Source of the DNA: Podarcis bocagei
Taxonomy: Eukaryota
NCBI GenBank assembly: GCA_964188305.1
Contig: OZ076888.1
Strand: one strand, 5' to 3'
DNA length: 64,000 nt
The position numbers and the translations under genes were made by a program. A model generated the notes under the pieces. The model did no database searches. It was not told where the DNA came from and saw only the letters and a list, made by a program, of their open reading frames with translations. Positions 61,373-64,000 of this stretch are shown in pieces. How positions within the stretch are numbered: position 1 is the stretch's first letter; the number at the start of each line of letters is the position of its first letter.

Positions 61373-62248
61373 CGTACTCTTATTTATATTGGAGAAATGA
61401 GGCCTGACTTGCGGGAGGAGAGAGCAAAAACCTGAGGGGAGAGGAAATGTAGCAGAGTGACCGTATCCCTGAACCAGAAGTATCTCAGCCTGCAACATTT
61501 TGGTGCAGTGCTGCACTCATAAAGCATCTGTTACCTGCTTCTTGACATCGTAGTCTAGACGTGCCAGTATTTGGGGGGGGGGAGGAGCCCCAAATGCCAG
61601 AGCTGGGCAGAGCGGGTTTGGTTATGTGAACAATGATAATTTTTTTGACTCTCAACCCTAATTATTTTGCCACCGCTGTCCCAAGTACACGAGATGGAGG
61701 CTCTGGTACAGGGTGAGCTGAACCAGGTGCCATCGCAAACACCTGGCTTCTATGTGGAGTTTTGGTGCGCAGTTAGGCCATTGCAACAGGAGCTGAAATT
61801 TTCTGAAACAAAGGCTACTGTAGACAAAGGAAACACAGGCATTAAATATCTGTAGCATTGGGGGGAGAACTTCGGTTGCATGCATGTGATGTGTTTTGAA
61901 ATGACGCACTCAGAGCTGGAAGATGTGAACTTGAGGTCCTTGCTAATTCCAGTATCTTTTGCTGCTACTGCTTTGTTACAAATACGTCAATCTATATATC
62001 TAAAACTAAATAGCAAACTCTTCTGTATCTTGCCTCTGTTTTTCCATGCTTTCCACCTGGATTCCTCTACACTTCACTGGCTGGATCTACCACTGTATTG
62101 TCTTACTGGATTGCTACAACTGGATTTCCCCGTCTCTTACTGACTATCCCCCCCCTCCTCCCCACTTCCCCCTGTTCACTGTCCTCTGACGTGTCCCACC
62201 CCCACCCCCCTCCGTGGATGTCAACCCTGCACTGTCTCTACCGCCCAG

Positions 62249-62439
62249 GAAACCGTTTGCAATGAGATCTTAAACATTGCGGAAAAGTCCGTTCATTACT
62301 GCAGCACAATTTCTCAGCCTCTTGTCTCTTGCCACAAGGGGCCCCATAGTGACAATAAATCATCTTTCATCATTTCTCAGCAACCGCAAGTCCTGCCGCT
62401 GGGAACAAGCCTCGACAGGAACCATGCGCCACAAGATAT
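62249..62439 (+). CDS. SORBS1: SORBS1 exon with two in-frame acceptors (62249 long, 62381 short): ETVCNEILNIAEKSVHYCSTISQ...IISQ/QPQVLPLGTSLDRNHAPQD
   Basis: cgcccag and tttctcag acceptors 132 nt apart; gtaagt donor; phase 2 fits the next exon. Confidence 0.88.
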
Positions 62440-63009
62440 GTAAGTTGGTCCGAAAGGGGACGCATTCACCCCCTCATTTCAGCAGCTGTCGTACATTTGA
62501 TGGATGGAATGCAGGAGACACAGCACAATTTTTAGTTTGATGGGTTTTCTTATTTAACACAAGGGACTCACCAGTATTTTGGTTTTGTGGTCTTGGCTGA
62601 GATCACAAGAGGAAATTGTGCCCTATTGATCCTACCAGACTCGTCTTCATTTTTAAAAATATCATGGATCAGAGGTCTGGAGATGGATGTGTGATACCTT
62701 GGTGTGAACTTTTGGAACTTCCTGCTAGTTGGAAGACTTCAGAAGGGCGGTGGCAGCTCATAATCTCCCCGGTGAGGTCCTGTAGACACTTTTGCCATCA
62801 AGAGTGCCACAGGGCCACTGGATGAAGTTCTACGTGCCACTCCTTGCCACCTGATCTGGTCCTGTGGTTTCAAGATTTATTTAGGGGCTTTCTGTGGTGC
62901 AGAATAGGGTACGAGGGAGCTGATGGGAACTGAATACGGTCAGAATATTGTTGGATAAAGTTGAGAGAGGGCAGAGGAAATTTAGACTCCTATCCCAGCA
63001 GATTTCCTG

Positions 63010-63257
63010 TTTGTGGAATGCTCTCCCCAGGGAAGCATGGTACCTTCATTATACACCTTTAGGCGCCAAGCAAAAACGTTCCTCTTTAACCAGGCCTTAA
63101 AGACATGCAATGCTCTTTTAAATGTTGGGGAGGGGGGAATTATTGGGTTGGTTTTTGGTTTTATTATGCATTTTGTGTTTTTATATTGTGATTTTTATCT
63201 TGTAAATGCCCTGAGACCTGTGGGTATAGGGTGGTATACAAATTTGAATCATCATCA
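63010..63257 (+). mobile_element. old L2 3' end
   Basis: LWNALP...FRRQAKTFLF remnant, (CAT)n tail. Confidence 0.75.
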
Positions 63258-63360
63258 TTGGATCTGTATTTGAAGGAAGTTACAAGAGGGATATTGTTAG
63301 TAGTGGCTGGCAATCTCTTCCCTTAATTCTACCCCCTCCACTGTTTCTGTGCGTTTTCAG

Positions 63361-63473
63361 GCTTAGCTACCAAGCACTGTACAGCTATGTCCCGCAGAAT
63401 GAAGATGAGCTGGAGTTAAGAGATGGAGATATCATAGATGTCATGGAGAAGTGTGATGACGGCTGGTTTGTTG
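63361..63473 (+). CDS. SORBS1: SORBS1 exon, 113 nt, SH3-3: (M)[37 protein letters not shown](G)
   Basis: gcgttttcag acceptor, G|gtgagc donor; SH3 signature. Confidence 0.97.
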
Positions 63474-64000
63474 GTGAGCATGACATCTGTCATTTCAACT
63501 CGTTTTTAAAACGTTAACGGGAACATTAATTAATATCATCCATTTGATTCACAGACCTATTTACACAAAATCTACAGTTAGCCAGAGCAGCGTACATGCT
63601 ATAATTCTGCTAATTTGCTTGACTCAGAGTGATTGTGTATATTCTGCTGTGAATTTGCTATGCATTTTAGCAGTAACAGCAGTGGCTACAAATCGTAATG
63701 TTTTCCCTGTGACCCCCCCCCCCCCACCAATGGAAAATTGTCTTGACAACCCAAAAACTTTCCTGGGCAAGATTCAAGCAGCAGCTCTATATATGTTTCG
63801 CAAAAGCTACTGTAGAAACAGCACTGGGATGGGGAAGAGCCATGAATCAGTTTCTACTTCCTCAGACCCCCTCCCACACACTGATGTTCTGCAGCAAGAA
63901 ATTCTGCCATATGACCCACCAGTTAAACAACTGTATAGCGTTAAATCTCATTAAGCGGAAAGGCTTATCTGAGCCATTTAGTAAATATGATCCTTTCCCT

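Overview
Vertebrate genomic DNA from a squamate, most likely a lacertid lizard (inferred from Sauria SINEs, BovB and L2/CR1 LINEs). The whole window lies inside one + strand gene, SORBS1 (CAP/ponsin). I traced 23 exons by their splice sites. Their phases chain without a frameshift from just after the SoHo domain (781) through SH3-1 and SH3-2 into SH3-3 (63473); the first exons and the last coding exon are outside the window. The exons include a 1440-nt and a 717-nt cassette, several small cassettes, NAGNAG acceptors and a dual-acceptor exon. The introns are dense with transposons: L2, CR1, L1, BovB, an RTE-X-like LINE, Sauria SINEs, hAT, Tigger and Tc2-like MITEs, LTRs and a Penelope-like relic. 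The most notable leads are: a decayed, polyadenylation-capped coding relic in intron 8252-14901 that resembles the dystrophin-family C-terminal coiled coil; hidden SoHo-like repeats in the alternative exons; an LTR with an inverted copy of its own 5' end; a MITE subfamily carrying an L2 tail; and a three-layer nested insertion. All homology calls are by eye against recalled sequences; no search was run.
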